A stretch of 64,000 nucleotides of DNA. Source: an uncultured Bacteroidota bacterium. Its GTDB lineage: Bacteria; Bacteroidota; Ignavibacteria; UBA10030; UBA6906. The stretch covers positions 31,438 to 95,437 of the forward strand of contig CAVQPT010000009.1 of NCBI GenBank assembly GCA_963714855.1, written 5' to 3'. The notes under the pieces were generated by a model that searched no databases, was not told the DNA's origin, and worked only from the letters and a program-made list of their open reading frames with translations. This document shows, piece after piece, positions 15,467-24,917 of the stretch (positions are counted from its first letter, which is position 1; every line of letters starts with the position of its first letter). The translations under genes and the position numbers were made by a program.

Positions 15467-17188
15467 TCACACGAGTTGAAATTCAGGCATCGACATCATG
15501 AAGGCGTACAGTGTCTGCAGCTTCGTCTTTACGCCGGTGGCTTTCTGCGCGTTGCTGGGGTCCGCACGATAGGCATTCCATTCCACGGTCCACTCGTAGT
15601 CCGGCAACCCCGGAATCAACGTCTCCTTGAGAAATGCTTTCTGGGTTGCCGTGATCGGAATCGCGAACAGGAGCCGGGCGCTCTCCTCAATAAGAACATT
15701 CGGATCGCCGGGGTTGGGCAGGTTGAGGACAAATGCGAGTGTATCGATTGCGTAGGTGAATCCCGTCGGCCTGTAGCCCGACCGGACAAGAGTATTCGAG
15801 AGGGTGGTCCGACGCGGCAACGTGTCGGAGTTGATCCAGATCTGGTAGAACTGGGGTGTCTGATAGTATGCAGGCCATCCGGCGACGTTCGGCGGCTCAC
15901 CGAGTTCCTGCTGGAGAGATGCGGCCTGCGTGACCATGTACGAATAGACTCTGTACGCTGTGACAACGTCCGGCGGGTACGGCATGCTGAAAAGCCGGGC
16001 AATCCCCGCCGTGAAATCCACCGGACTCTTGATCATGCACCCCATGCTGAGCGTGTCAAAGAAGTGCGCGCTTGTGAAGAGTGCCCGGAGCATGGGATGC
16101 ACGTCATAGTTCGACGACCGCAAGATGTTCGCCATCGGCGTGATAATGTTTGCTTCGGTCCAGTCGTCAATGACGTAGTACACAAACCAGCGGTAGATTT
16201 TCCGCGCGAGGAATTTTGCCGTCGCTTCCTGCGCAAAGATCATGTCGAGCAACGCAGTCAGCTCGCTCTCGCCGTCTGTCCCGCCGGTGATAACCGCATT
16301 TGCGTAACGCGAGGAAAATTGCTTGTTGGTCGTATCATGCCTGGATGCTGTGAAAATCCATTCCTCCGATCCCGGCATCGTCAGAGCCGCGGCATTATCC
16401 TGCCATCCTGTGAGCACGCGGGCCGCAGCCTTGACATCGGCTTCTGTATAGAAGGTATAGTCGCCCGGACCCGCCACGGGACCCTTTCCGATCGTGAACA
16501 GCTCCAGCAGCTCCCGCCCGAAATTTTCGTTGGGACTGGTCCGCGTGTTCGTATTGCCGTTCAGATAGCGGAGCATGGCGCCGTTCACGGTCATCCGCCG
16601 CGTCAGTTCCTTCCAGTTCCCGAGTGCAAAAGAACGCAGCAGAGCACCATAGCGCCAGCTGTAGCGCGGATCACCGACAACGTCCCGCTCAGTCACAAAA
16701 TGATTGTGCCAGAAGAGCACCATCTTTTCACGGATCGACACGGGCTGCCGGAGAATCATCCCCATCCACCAGGCCTTCAGCGACGACGTGCGGATGCTGG
16801 TCGGGCTGAAGGTCGAGTTCGGATCTTTGGCAAGCGCGTACACCCAGGTTTCACCGATCGGGACAAGGTCGCGACTGTCGGTGTTGAGGGGCATCGATGA
16901 CTCCGGTGGCGGCACGGCCAGGAGCATGTCGATCGCCTGTTGCATGGTCATCGTCTGCAGCATCTGAACGTCCGCCGGGTTTGGCCCAAACGTCGTCCGC
17001 CGGAGGAGGTGGAGGATCTGGTCCTTCCCCCACAAGCCGGAATAGGGCTCCAGTCCACCCGCATTATGCGGTACCGACGGGATCCGGGTATTGGCAAACG
17101 GATTGAAAAAGGAATCGCCGGTGGAGGCAGAACCGGCGAGAAGCTCCCCGGGATCGAGGAGGTTTACCACAGCGTCTCGTCTCTTCAT
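15467..17188 (-). CDS. DUF1800 domain protein
   Basis: 573-aa ORF; GAGGGTG RBS; DUF1800 is the conserved partner of DUF1501. Confidence 0.8.
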   Translation of the reverse strand: MKRRDAVVNLLDPGELLAGSASTGDSFFNPFANTRIPSVPHNAGGLEPYSGLWGKDQILHLLRRTTFGPNPADVQMLQTMTMQQAIDMLLAVPPPESSMPLNTDSRDLVPIGETWVYALAKDPNSTFSPTSIRTSSLKAWWMGMILRQPVSIREKMVLFWHNHFVTERDVVGDPRYSWRYGALLRSFALGNWKELTRRMTVNGAMLRYLNGNTNTRTSPNENFGRELLELFTIGKGPVAGPGDYTFYTEADVKAAARVLTGWQDNAAALTMPGSEEWIFTASRHDTTNKQFSSRYANAVITGGTDGESELTALLDMIFAQEATAKFLARKIYRWFVYYVIDDWTEANIITPMANILRSSNYDVHPMLRALFTSAHFFDTLSMGCMIKSPVDFTAGIARLFSMPYPPDVVTAYRVYSYMVTQAASLQQELGEPPNVAGWPAYYQTPQFYQIWINSDTLPRRTTLSNTLVRSGYRPTGFTYAIDTLAFVLNLPNPGDPNVLIEESARLLFAIPITATQKAFLKETLIPGLPDYEWTVEWNAYRADPSNAQKATGVKTKLQTLYAFMMSMPEFQLV

Positions 17189-17292
17189 TTCACCCTCACA
17201 ATGTATCGGTGCTGTGATCTGGGAATTATGGTCGTTTCATGGTGCCAAGAAAAGCCATCACTTACAAGGGGGGTTCGGACCCCCACAATTGC

Positions 17293-17320
17293 TTGACATA
17301 ACCCCAAAATCTCCTATATT
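17293..17320 (+). promoter_or_regulatory. sigma70-like promoter TTGACA-16-TATATT upstream of the lipoprotein gene
   Basis: TTGACA 17293-17298, TATATT 17315-17320, ATG at 17375 with AGGAGAG RBS. Confidence 0.4.
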
Positions 17321-17374
17321 GTGATGCACTCGCCCCATTAAACCACTTCGTGTCAATTCTCAGGAGAGAATCGC

Positions 17375-17875
17375 ATGAAACACGCTCTTGCTGGTCTCGT
17401 ACTTCTTATTGCCGTATCGATTCTTGTGGCCGGCTGCGGGAAGACGGAAGAGATGAAGAAGATGGAATCCAGCCTGAACGCCGAGGTCATGCAGAAGCAT
17501 GACGACCTTATGAAAAGCATGTCCGGACTGGACGACCTGACCGCACAGATCACCGCCGCTATGACGAAACACGACGAGATGGTGAAGAAGTATCCCAAAA
17601 TGGTGGCCGGGCACGAGTCTGCAGATCTGGTTGCCGCTCAGGAAAAAATCACCGCCGCCAAGACGGCAATGGAAAACTGGATGAAGGGGTTCAAACCCTT
17701 TGACCCTGAAGCAAAGCATGAGGTTGTACTTTCCGGCATGACCGTCACCAAGGATGCTCTCGTCGCAATGGAAAAGCAATTCGCCGATGCGATGAGCACA
17801 GCAAAAGGAGCGCTCGCCGCTCATGAAAAGGCAGCGGCAATGGTCATGGCCAAGATGCCGAAAAAGAAACGCTGA
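17375..17875 (+). CDS. lipoprotein (hypothetical, Ala/Lys/Met-rich)
   Basis: Signal peptide plus lipobox LVAGC; 166 aa. Confidence 0.7.
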   Translation: MKHALAGLVLLIAVSILVAGCGKTEEMKKMESSLNAEVMQKHDDLMKSMSGLDDLTAQITAAMTKHDEMVKKYPKMVAGHESADLVAAQEKITAAKTAMENWMKGFKPFDPEAKHEVVLSGMTVTKDALVAMEKQFADAMSTAKGALAAHEKAAAMVMAKMPKKKR

Positions 17876-17935
17876 TCCGTTCATCACAGAGAGTCGGAAG
17901 GGGATCATGCCTGCCGTGATCCCCTTTCGTTTTCC

Positions 17936-18721
17936 ATGCCGCGATACAAGATGCTCATCGAATACGAAGGAACCCGCTACCGGGGGTGGCAGGCGCAGAA
18001 GAACGCCCGCACCGTCCAGGGAGAGCTCCGCAACGCATTACAGACTGTAGCTTCTACCACAGACTTTGAATTTCAGGGGGCGGGGCGGACCGATGCAGGA
18101 GTCCATGCCCTCGGACAGGTCGCACACGTCGAGCTTTCGACCGTTCTCGCGCCCGAAATCCTCCGGATGAAGATCAACGACCAGCTGCCGGCCGACATCA
18201 ACATCCTCGATATCTGGAAAGCTGACCCGCGGTTCCACGCGCGCCACCATGCCGTGTCGCGATCGTATCTCTATCAGATATCACAGCGAAGAACAGCGCT
18301 CGGAAAACGGTTTGTCTGGTGGGTCAAAGACAGCCTCGCTATCGGCCGTATGGAACAGGTGCTTCCACTGTTCACGGGCATGAAGGACTACCGCTCATTC
18401 ACGGAAGACGATCCGGAAGAGAAATCCACGAAAGTCCAGATCGATGAACTCCGTCTCGCACCAGCCGGTGATCTGATCCTGATACGGATGCGGGGGTCCC
18501 ATTTCGTGTGGAAGATGGTACGGCGGGTCGTCGGCGTCCTCGTGGAGGTGGGACGCGGTTCTCTCTCCTCCGATGACGTGCGAAAACTCCTCGCCGAGAA
18601 GTCCGACGCACCGGCACGCTTCACAGCACCACCATCCGGCCTCTTTCTCGAACGGGTCTACTATCCCGGCGAACAAATCAACAACCACCTTCAACCAGTA
18701 ATGCCGATCGGACATGGCTGA
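17936..18721 (+). CDS. truA: tRNA pseudouridine(38-40) synthase
   Basis: MPRYKMLIEYEGTRYRGWQAQ...GAGRTDAGVHALGQVAHVE... is the canonical TruA N-terminus with catalytic Asp motif. Confidence 0.9.
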   Translation: MPRYKMLIEYEGTRYRGWQAQKNARTVQGELRNALQTVASTTDFEFQGAGRTDAGVHALGQVAHVELSTVLAPEILRMKINDQLPADINILDIWKADPRFHARHHAVSRSYLYQISQRRTALGKRFVWWVKDSLAIGRMEQVLPLFTGMKDYRSFTEDDPEEKSTKVQIDELRLAPAGDLILIRMRGSHFVWKMVRRVVGVLVEVGRGSLSSDDVRKLLAEKSDAPARFTAPPSGLFLERVYYPGEQINNHLQPVMPIGHG

Positions 18722-20384
18722 CAATAAGATAATTTTTTCGATGGTCGGAGCGGGGAAGGTCTATCCCCCCAACCGGCAGGTCCTGAAAGACATCTATCTC
18801 TCGTTCTTCTATGGAGCGAAGATCGGCGTCCTCGGCCTCAATGGCGCCGGAAAGAGCAGTCTTCTGCGCATCATCGCGGGACTTGACAAAGACCACCTCG
18901 GTGACATCACCGTCCAGAAAGGGATCACCTTCGGATATCTCCCCCAGGAGCCGGAACTGGACAAGAGCGTGACCGTCCGCGATATCGTCGAAGAGGGCGT
19001 CGCGGAAACTGCGAAACTCCTGCGTGAGTTCGAAGAGGTCAGCCATGCTATGGGCGAACCGGATGCCGACTTCGATACGCTTCTGGAGAAGCAGGCCTCG
19101 CTGCAGGAGAAAATCGACCATGCAAACGCATGGGACCTCGAGAGCAAACTCGAGCAGGCCATGGATGCGCTCCGCTGTCCTCCGGGCGAGACGCGGGTTG
19201 ACGTGCTGTCCGGAGGTGAACGCCGCAGGGTAGCGCTCTGCAGGCTTCTCCTCAAGAACCCCGACGTGCTGCTGCTTGACGAACCGACGAACCACCTGGA
19301 CGCCGAATCCGTAGCGTGGCTCGAACGCTTCCTCTCAGAGTACCCCGGCACCGTCCTGGCCGTGACCCACGATCGTTACTTCCTCGACAACGTTGCGGGC
19401 TGGATCCTCGAACTGGACCGCGGAGAAGGCATTCCCTTTCAGGGAAACTACACCTCCTGGCTGGAGCAGAAGAAGGCACGACTCGCAGTAGAGGAAAAAC
19501 ACGAGTCGAAGCGGCAGAAGACCCTGGAACAGGAGCTTGAGTGGATACGGCTCAATCCGAAAGGGCGCCACGCCAAAAGCAAAGCACGTATCTCCGCGTA
19601 TGAAAAGATGCTCGGGGAAGATTCGCAGAAGCGGAACGAAGAGATGGAAATCTTTGTCCCGCCCGGACCACGTCTCGGAAACGTCGTGATCGAGGCACAG
19701 GGCGTGGCCAAAGCCTACGGTGAAAACGTCCTCTTTGAAGACCTGAATTTTCAGCTGCCGCCCGGTGGTATCATCGGGGTCATCGGACCGAACGGCGCAG
19801 GAAAGACCACCATGTTCCGGATGATTATCGGCGCGGAAACTCCGGACAAAGGATCATTCAAGGTCGGTGAGACCGTGAAGCTGGGCTACGTCGATCAGAA
19901 TCGCCCGCTCGATCCGCAAAAGACCCTCTGGGAGGAGATCTCCGGCGGAGAGGACATTCTCATGCTCGGTAACCGCGAAGTAAATTCACGGGCCTATGTC
20001 GCACGGTTCAATTTCAGCGGAACGGACCAGCAGAAGAAAACCACAGCCCTGTCGGGCGGAGAACGGAACCGTGTGCATCTTGCCAAGATGCTCAAAGAAG
20101 GTGCTAATGTTCTCCTGCTCGACGAACCAACCAATGATCTCGATGTGCATACGTTGCGCGCTCTGGAAGAGGCGCTGCTGAACTTCGCAGGATGTGCCGT
20201 CGTTATCTCCCACGACCGATGGTTCCTCGACCGCATTGCCACACATATCCTCGCCTTCGAGGGAGAGAGCAAGGTCGTCTGGTATGACGGCAACTACTCG
20301 GAATACGAGGCGGATCGCAAGAAGCGTCTGGGAATCGAGGCAGACAGGCCCCACAGGATCAAATACAAACGGCTTGTGCGGTAA
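18714..20384 (+). CDS. ettA: ABC-F family energy-dependent translational throttle protein EttA
   Basis: 556 aa, two ABC domains; near-colinear with E. coli EttA (…VYPPNRQVLKDIYLSFFYGAKIGVLGLNGAGKSSLLRI…, …LLLDEPTNHLDAESVAWLERFL…). Confidence 0.9.
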   Translation: MADNKIIFSMVGAGKVYPPNRQVLKDIYLSFFYGAKIGVLGLNGAGKSSLLRIIAGLDKDHLGDITVQKGITFGYLPQEPELDKSVTVRDIVEEGVAETAKLLREFEEVSHAMGEPDADFDTLLEKQASLQEKIDHANAWDLESKLEQAMDALRCPPGETRVDVLSGGERRRVALCRLLLKNPDVLLLDEPTNHLDAESVAWLERFLSEYPGTVLAVTHDRYFLDNVAGWILELDRGEGIPFQGNYTSWLEQKKARLAVEEKHESKRQKTLEQELEWIRLNPKGRHAKSKARISAYEKMLGEDSQKRNEEMEIFVPPGPRLGNVVIEAQGVAKAYGENVLFEDLNFQLPPGGIIGVIGPNGAGKTTMFRMIIGAETPDKGSFKVGETVKLGYVDQNRPLDPQKTLWEEISGGEDILMLGNREVNSRAYVARFNFSGTDQQKKTTALSGGERNRVHLAKMLKEGANVLLLDEPTNDLDVHTLRALEEALLNFAGCAVVISHDRWFLDRIATHILAFEGESKVVWYDGNYSEYEADRKKRLGIEADRPHRIKYKRLVR

Positions 20385-20434
20385 CCGACAGGGGGACACA
20401 GAACGACGGAAGATCCCCCGGGTGAAGGGATCGT

Positions 20435-22879
20435 TCAGATGAGTATGCCGCCACTCCGCCGCCGGAAGAGAATGAGCGGAACGAGAAGAATTGCCATCGT
20501 GAGCACCAACACCGCAAGCGCGTCCATCGCAGCAATGGGGCCTCCCGCCGTCATCAGAAACGTACAGAGCAGGATCGCACCGAGAGCGGAACCGAACAGA
20601 TCCATAGCATAAAGGATGTCACCTTCGGCGGTAACGAGAAAGCGGAGCAAAGCCGGAAACATCATGCCCGCGAAACCGCCGCTTGCCGCAAGAACACCTG
20701 CCGCCGACACTAGGGCGCCCGTGCCTGTATCAGCGCCGGCAACCCAGCCCGAGAAGAACCGTGCACCTGCTGCAATAGCCAACATGCCCGCAAGTCCGGC
20801 ACCGGTGACACCCACGAGCATCGCAAACGAATTCCCACGCCGCTCAAGCGAACGCGCTACCAGCAGAACACCACAGGCCATGCCGGCCATGAATGCTGCA
20901 TTCAAGAGGCCGATGTGTGCATACACGTACCCCTGAGCACTCTGGTACACATGAAGGATGAATACCACGGCAGTGATCCCGAAGGCTCCGGTCACACACG
21001 TCATAATGTACACGATACTGCGTACGGCCGGCGCATTGGGGACGAACCCATCGGGTTGCCGGCGGAATCCCGCCAGGATTGCAACTGCGAGAAACACCAC
21101 GAAGAGCATTAGAACGACATTCAGCACACCACCCTTTCGCTTCTCAAGGAATTGCAGCACCCACAATGCGGGCGAAGTGTTCGTTCCTGGTGGATGCAAA
21201 AGCGTGTCCCAGAGGAGAAGACTGTAGAGGACCGCTGCCGGCCGGCTGTCCGAATTGATCCTCACCTGAACATCCCGGATCCTGTTCCGGAGAAGGTCCA
21301 CCAGAGGCTGCATGCTTCGTCCGCTCGAAGGATCCAGCTCCGCAGCAAGCACTCCCCCGCCAAAGCCACCGACATACGCCGTGAGGAGAGCCATCCGCGT
21401 GCTGTCGCTCGTCGCCCCGTGAAGGGCCGGGAAGAGATCCGGCGGCCAGGATGCGGGCCGTCGCAGCAGTCGCCGGGCAAGGACAGAGGGATCCAGAGTG
21501 ATGCTGTTCGCATGCCGACCGGCAATAAGGAGATGTCCGTACACGGGCGCGAGATCGACATCGGGAAAAACGGAAGCGACGGCTCCAGCAACAGACGCTG
21601 TCCGCCTCACCAGGGGACCAGCCTGATACTCCGGTCCCGAGCCGTACGTCGGCACCAGAACGCTCAGCACACCATCTTCGGTGAGCACACGGGAGATCTC
21701 CTGGAAGAACTCTCTCGTGCCGAATCTGTTGGCGGCAGACGAATGGAGGTCCGGAAGCTGAAGGATGAGGAGGTCGTACTCGGGCTCCATGAGGTTGCGC
21801 ACAAAATGCCGGCCGTCAACACCGATCTGACGAATGTGTTCATGAACGGTTCCTGCACCGCCTCCGACAACATCGAAGAGCCCGGGATCGACTTCGAGCA
21901 CGTCGACCCTCTCTGCTCCATGTTCGAGTATGCGGTCCGGAAACTCTCCGAGTCCTCCCCCAATGACGCAGACGTTTCGGAGAGAATCACGTTGTGCACA
22001 GCACACAGCCGCCAGTTCAGCCAGGGCCGGATCGCGGCGGCCCTTTTCCCATGCATAGACCTGATCATTGTTGTGAAAGACGACCCGATGACCCGTTGCA
22101 CTATCCGCCAGTCGGGCAATTCTCCCATAGGGGGTTTCCCGGGTGGCTTCCACGGTGTAGCGGGGAAGGGTCATCGACCATGTGTATTCAGACACCGTAT
22201 CGTCGATAGGAAGGAAAGCAATCACAGCAAGGCCTGTTGCACATGAGGCCAACAGGACAGTCATGCGGTTGGGTGTCCCGTTCCTTCTTTTTCGCATGCC
22301 GAGCATTGCAAGGAGAGAAAGCGCGCCGGTGAACAGGGCAAGGCTGACGGGCTGCAGCCGTGGCGCAAGGACGAACGTGCACAGGGCCCCGCCAATCAAC
22401 ATGCCGATGGTTTCACTACCATACAGAAGCGATGCCCCATGCCTGTCCGCCTCCCCGAGCAGAAGACCCCCGGCAAAGCCTCCGCACAGGGCAGCAGGAG
22501 CCGCTGTCACAACAACAAGGAGTGACGCTTCCAGAAAATCGAGCGGAGATCCGGGCGCGGCCACCAGGACCACCGCACCCAGCCGGAGCGCAATGATACC
22601 TGCGGCGAGCGCGGGGCCGAACGCCAGAAAGGGTCCAAGTTGCAGCCACGGACGGAGGCGGATCCGCTGATACCACGCCTTCGCCGCATGGCCGCCGATA
22701 ACCGTTCCGGCTGCAGTCCAGATCAGTCCGGACGCAAGCGCCACCCCGTACAGGATTCCCAAACCCCGCATCGAGGCGAATGCCTCACGGAAGAGAAACA
22801 CCTGGGCTACCTGCGTCAGCATGCCGATCAACAGCATGCGCCACAGGAGGATACCCTGAGATCCGGACATGAGGACCAA
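20435..22879 (-). CDS. fused MFS-like membrane domain / spermidine synthase-like protein
   Basis: 814 aa; N- and C-terminal polytopic membrane regions flanking a spermidine-synthase-like methyltransferase fold (...VCVIGGGLGEFPDRILEHGAERVDVLEVDPGLFDV...). Confidence 0.7.
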   Translation of the reverse strand: MVLMSGSQGILLWRMLLIGMLTQVAQVFLFREAFASMRGLGILYGVALASGLIWTAAGTVIGGHAAKAWYQRIRLRPWLQLGPFLAFGPALAAGIIALRLGAVVLVAAPGSPLDFLEASLLVVVTAAPAALCGGFAGGLLLGEADRHGASLLYGSETIGMLIGGALCTFVLAPRLQPVSLALFTGALSLLAMLGMRKRRNGTPNRMTVLLASCATGLAVIAFLPIDDTVSEYTWSMTLPRYTVEATRETPYGRIARLADSATGHRVVFHNNDQVYAWEKGRRDPALAELAAVCCAQRDSLRNVCVIGGGLGEFPDRILEHGAERVDVLEVDPGLFDVVGGGAGTVHEHIRQIGVDGRHFVRNLMEPEYDLLILQLPDLHSSAANRFGTREFFQEISRVLTEDGVLSVLVPTYGSGPEYQAGPLVRRTASVAGAVASVFPDVDLAPVYGHLLIAGRHANSITLDPSVLARRLLRRPASWPPDLFPALHGATSDSTRMALLTAYVGGFGGGVLAAELDPSSGRSMQPLVDLLRNRIRDVQVRINSDSRPAAVLYSLLLWDTLLHPPGTNTSPALWVLQFLEKRKGGVLNVVLMLFVVFLAVAILAGFRRQPDGFVPNAPAVRSIVYIMTCVTGAFGITAVVFILHVYQSAQGYVYAHIGLLNAAFMAGMACGVLLVARSLERRGNSFAMLVGVTGAGLAGMLAIAAGARFFSGWVAGADTGTGALVSAAGVLAASGGFAGMMFPALLRFLVTAEGDILYAMDLFGSALGAILLCTFLMTAGGPIAAMDALAVLVLTMAILLVPLILFRRRSGGILI

Positions 22880-24048
22880 TCACTTAAGAAGGAGCAACAT
22901 CTTCGACGATGTAGAGTGCGGCGTCACCAATCTGCAGAACAGAGGGCCGGAAGAAACCATGCTCCCGTCAAAGATCACGGTATGCAGGCCGGCCTTCTGG
23001 ACACCATCAACAAGGGTCCTGATCTCTCGCCCCAGGAGGTCGAACACCGTCAGACGCACGGTCTCTGTGCGGTACAGAGCGAATTGGATTGAGGTGACTG
23101 GATTGAAGGGATTCGGGAAAACATTCTCGAGCTCCGGGAACGGCTCATCCGGGCTACCATTGTCCGACTCATCCACTGCCGCCGGTGTTTCGCCATATCG
23201 CGGCCGTGCAATCACTCCCTCATCACTCAGAAGCGGCCAGAGGGTCGGGCTGGTGAGAATTCCGGCCACAGTGGCGGGCTGGCCGTCGAGAAGCACCGAA
23301 TCCTGCACTAAACGAGTACCGTGACTGTAATCAACATACGTCTCACTGTGGCCGTTGTAGAGAGGTTGAATCGGAACGCCGTTCAGCTGGTGCCAGCCAT
23401 AAATGACCACGGGACGTGGAACGGCCGGCTTGAGATTCGTCACGATCGCATTGGAGATCACCACGTCCTTCTTGTGGCCACCCACGAGCTGTCCGAGGGG
23501 ATGGGCTGCGAGAAAAACCGATCGCTGCACACGGAGGGTATCATTGTGGTCTTTGAATACGGGAACAGTTGTCATGGCCGGACTCGGCGGGATCGGCCGG
23601 GGGGCCAGTCGTACGTCCGCCGTCTGATAGACGGCATCCACCATTTTTCTGGTGGGAAGTATGCAATGGAGCGAATCCGCGATCTCCTGGGCGGCAAGAG
23701 GCGTCAGCGGCATGAGAAAGTAGTTTTCGTCCGAGCCTACAGCAAGATACTCCGGAAGAACATACCAGGTGACCGAATGCTCTTGGTTTTGAATAGTCGC
23801 CCGCGTCGTTACCGGGACGAGCGCCCGGAACGAGACGGGAATGTTGCCGGCGAGGACTTCCCGTACCACCCGAGACTCTCGTTCCTCGCGGGTCAACGGA
23901 AAGAGAGAGACGGCGAACGCGTCTCCTTCGGGAGCTGCCGGGGAACGCTGGGGCAGCGGAAGGAACTGGGCGGCCGCCGGCCCGGCGACACAGAGCAGCA
24001 TCATCACAAGTCCCCGAAGACTCGATATGATGCACGGAGAGGACTTCA
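22880..24048 (-). CDS. secreted hypothetical protein with C-terminal T9SS sorting domain
   Basis: Internal ATG gives signal peptide MKSSPCIISSLRGLVMMLLCVAGPAAAQ; C-terminus ...FPNPFNPVTSIQF...VFDLLGREIRTLVDG... is a T9SS CTD; track ORF extends to 24190. Confidence 0.65.
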
Positions 24049-24201
24049 TTTGATACGCGTCGCCTTCTGCGTCTGCGACTATGAGCGGTGATGAAGGCAG
24101 GGATATGAGACGACAAACGCCCCACAGCGAACGTGATCGAGGTCGATGCCCCGTCATAGTGCTGACCAATCGGCAGCCCGGTCGTCTCATGGCGTCCGGA
24201 T

Positions 24202-24906
24202 CTACTTCCGCAGCCCGGCCATGCGGGTCTGGAGCTGTGTTCGCTGTGCCGTGGAGAGCCCGTCCATGCGCGTCATCGCACCGTACTCGGCAAGGGCCTC
24301 TCCTTTGAGGTTGGCTTTCTCCATGGCCTCCGCGAGCATCAGCCGATGGTCATAAGTCGAACCGAGCGATGGGTACATCCTGAACACTTCAAGCGTCCGG
24401 AGAACGCCGGTTGCATAGTAGCCGTGCTCGAGCAGAAACCGCGTGCCGTTCAGGAGGAACGTGCCTATCTGCGGATCGTTTTCCCGTGGTGCCTCGCCTG
24501 AGCCGGCCGGTTCACCGTGCGTGACGGCAGCATTGGGGATATGCAATCCATCACTCTTCCACTGCGTCGACGAGGCCCGGACCTTTTCCATGGTCAGCTT
24601 CAGCATCAACTCTTCCTGAGAGAGTTCACGGATATCCGACATGTCCACTATCACGCTTGGCGGGAGCGTCAGCTTCTTCTGGGATCGGTCCGATTGTCCT
24701 TGCATGATCAGGACGGCGCTGCCATCCTTGCCCGTGCGGACCGTATCGTTCGGCCGGAGAGCATCGCCAACAGAGACGGTATTCCACACTTCGGTCACGC
24801 CGTGGCGGACGGCGACCTCCCCGTCGCGTTTTTGAACGATGATTGATTCCGCGAGAGCACAGGAAAGGCCCAGCAGCACCACAAGAATCCCGGTGACGGT
24901 TTTCAT
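24202..24906 (-). CDS. secreted hypothetical protein
   Basis: Signal peptide MKTVTGILVVLLGLSCALA at the internal Met; track ORF 24202..24945. Confidence 0.55.
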   Translation of the reverse strand: MKTVTGILVVLLGLSCALAESIIVQKRDGEVAVRHGVTEVWNTVSVGDALRPNDTVRTGKDGSAVLIMQGQSDRSQKKLTLPPSVIVDMSDIRELSQEELMLKLTMEKVRASSTQWKSDGLHIPNAAVTHGEPAGSGEAPRENDPQIGTFLLNGTRFLLEHGYYATGVLRTLEVFRMYPSLGSTYDHRLMLAEAMEKANLKGEALAEYGAMTRMDGLSTAQRTQLQTRMAGLRK

Positions 24907-24917
24907 GACACCCTCCT

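Noticed and set aside
14269-16900. Long ORFs antisense to DUF1501/DUF1800 (for example 14269..15045, 15458..16900 at 480 aa) and similar shadow ORFs at 21152..22246, 23321..24091, 33887..35011, 38091..39458, 39503..41143 and 163..933
   Set aside because: Each is fully contained opposite a longer ORF with clear family membership. They have Arg/Pro/Gly-rich low-complexity composition typical of antisense frames in high-GC DNA.
20385-20434. GGGGGA-17 nt-TCCCCC hairpin between convergent ettA and the MFS/spermidine-synthase gene as a bidirectional terminator
   Set aside because: The loop is long and there is no T/A-tract on either side; kept only as a weak possibility.
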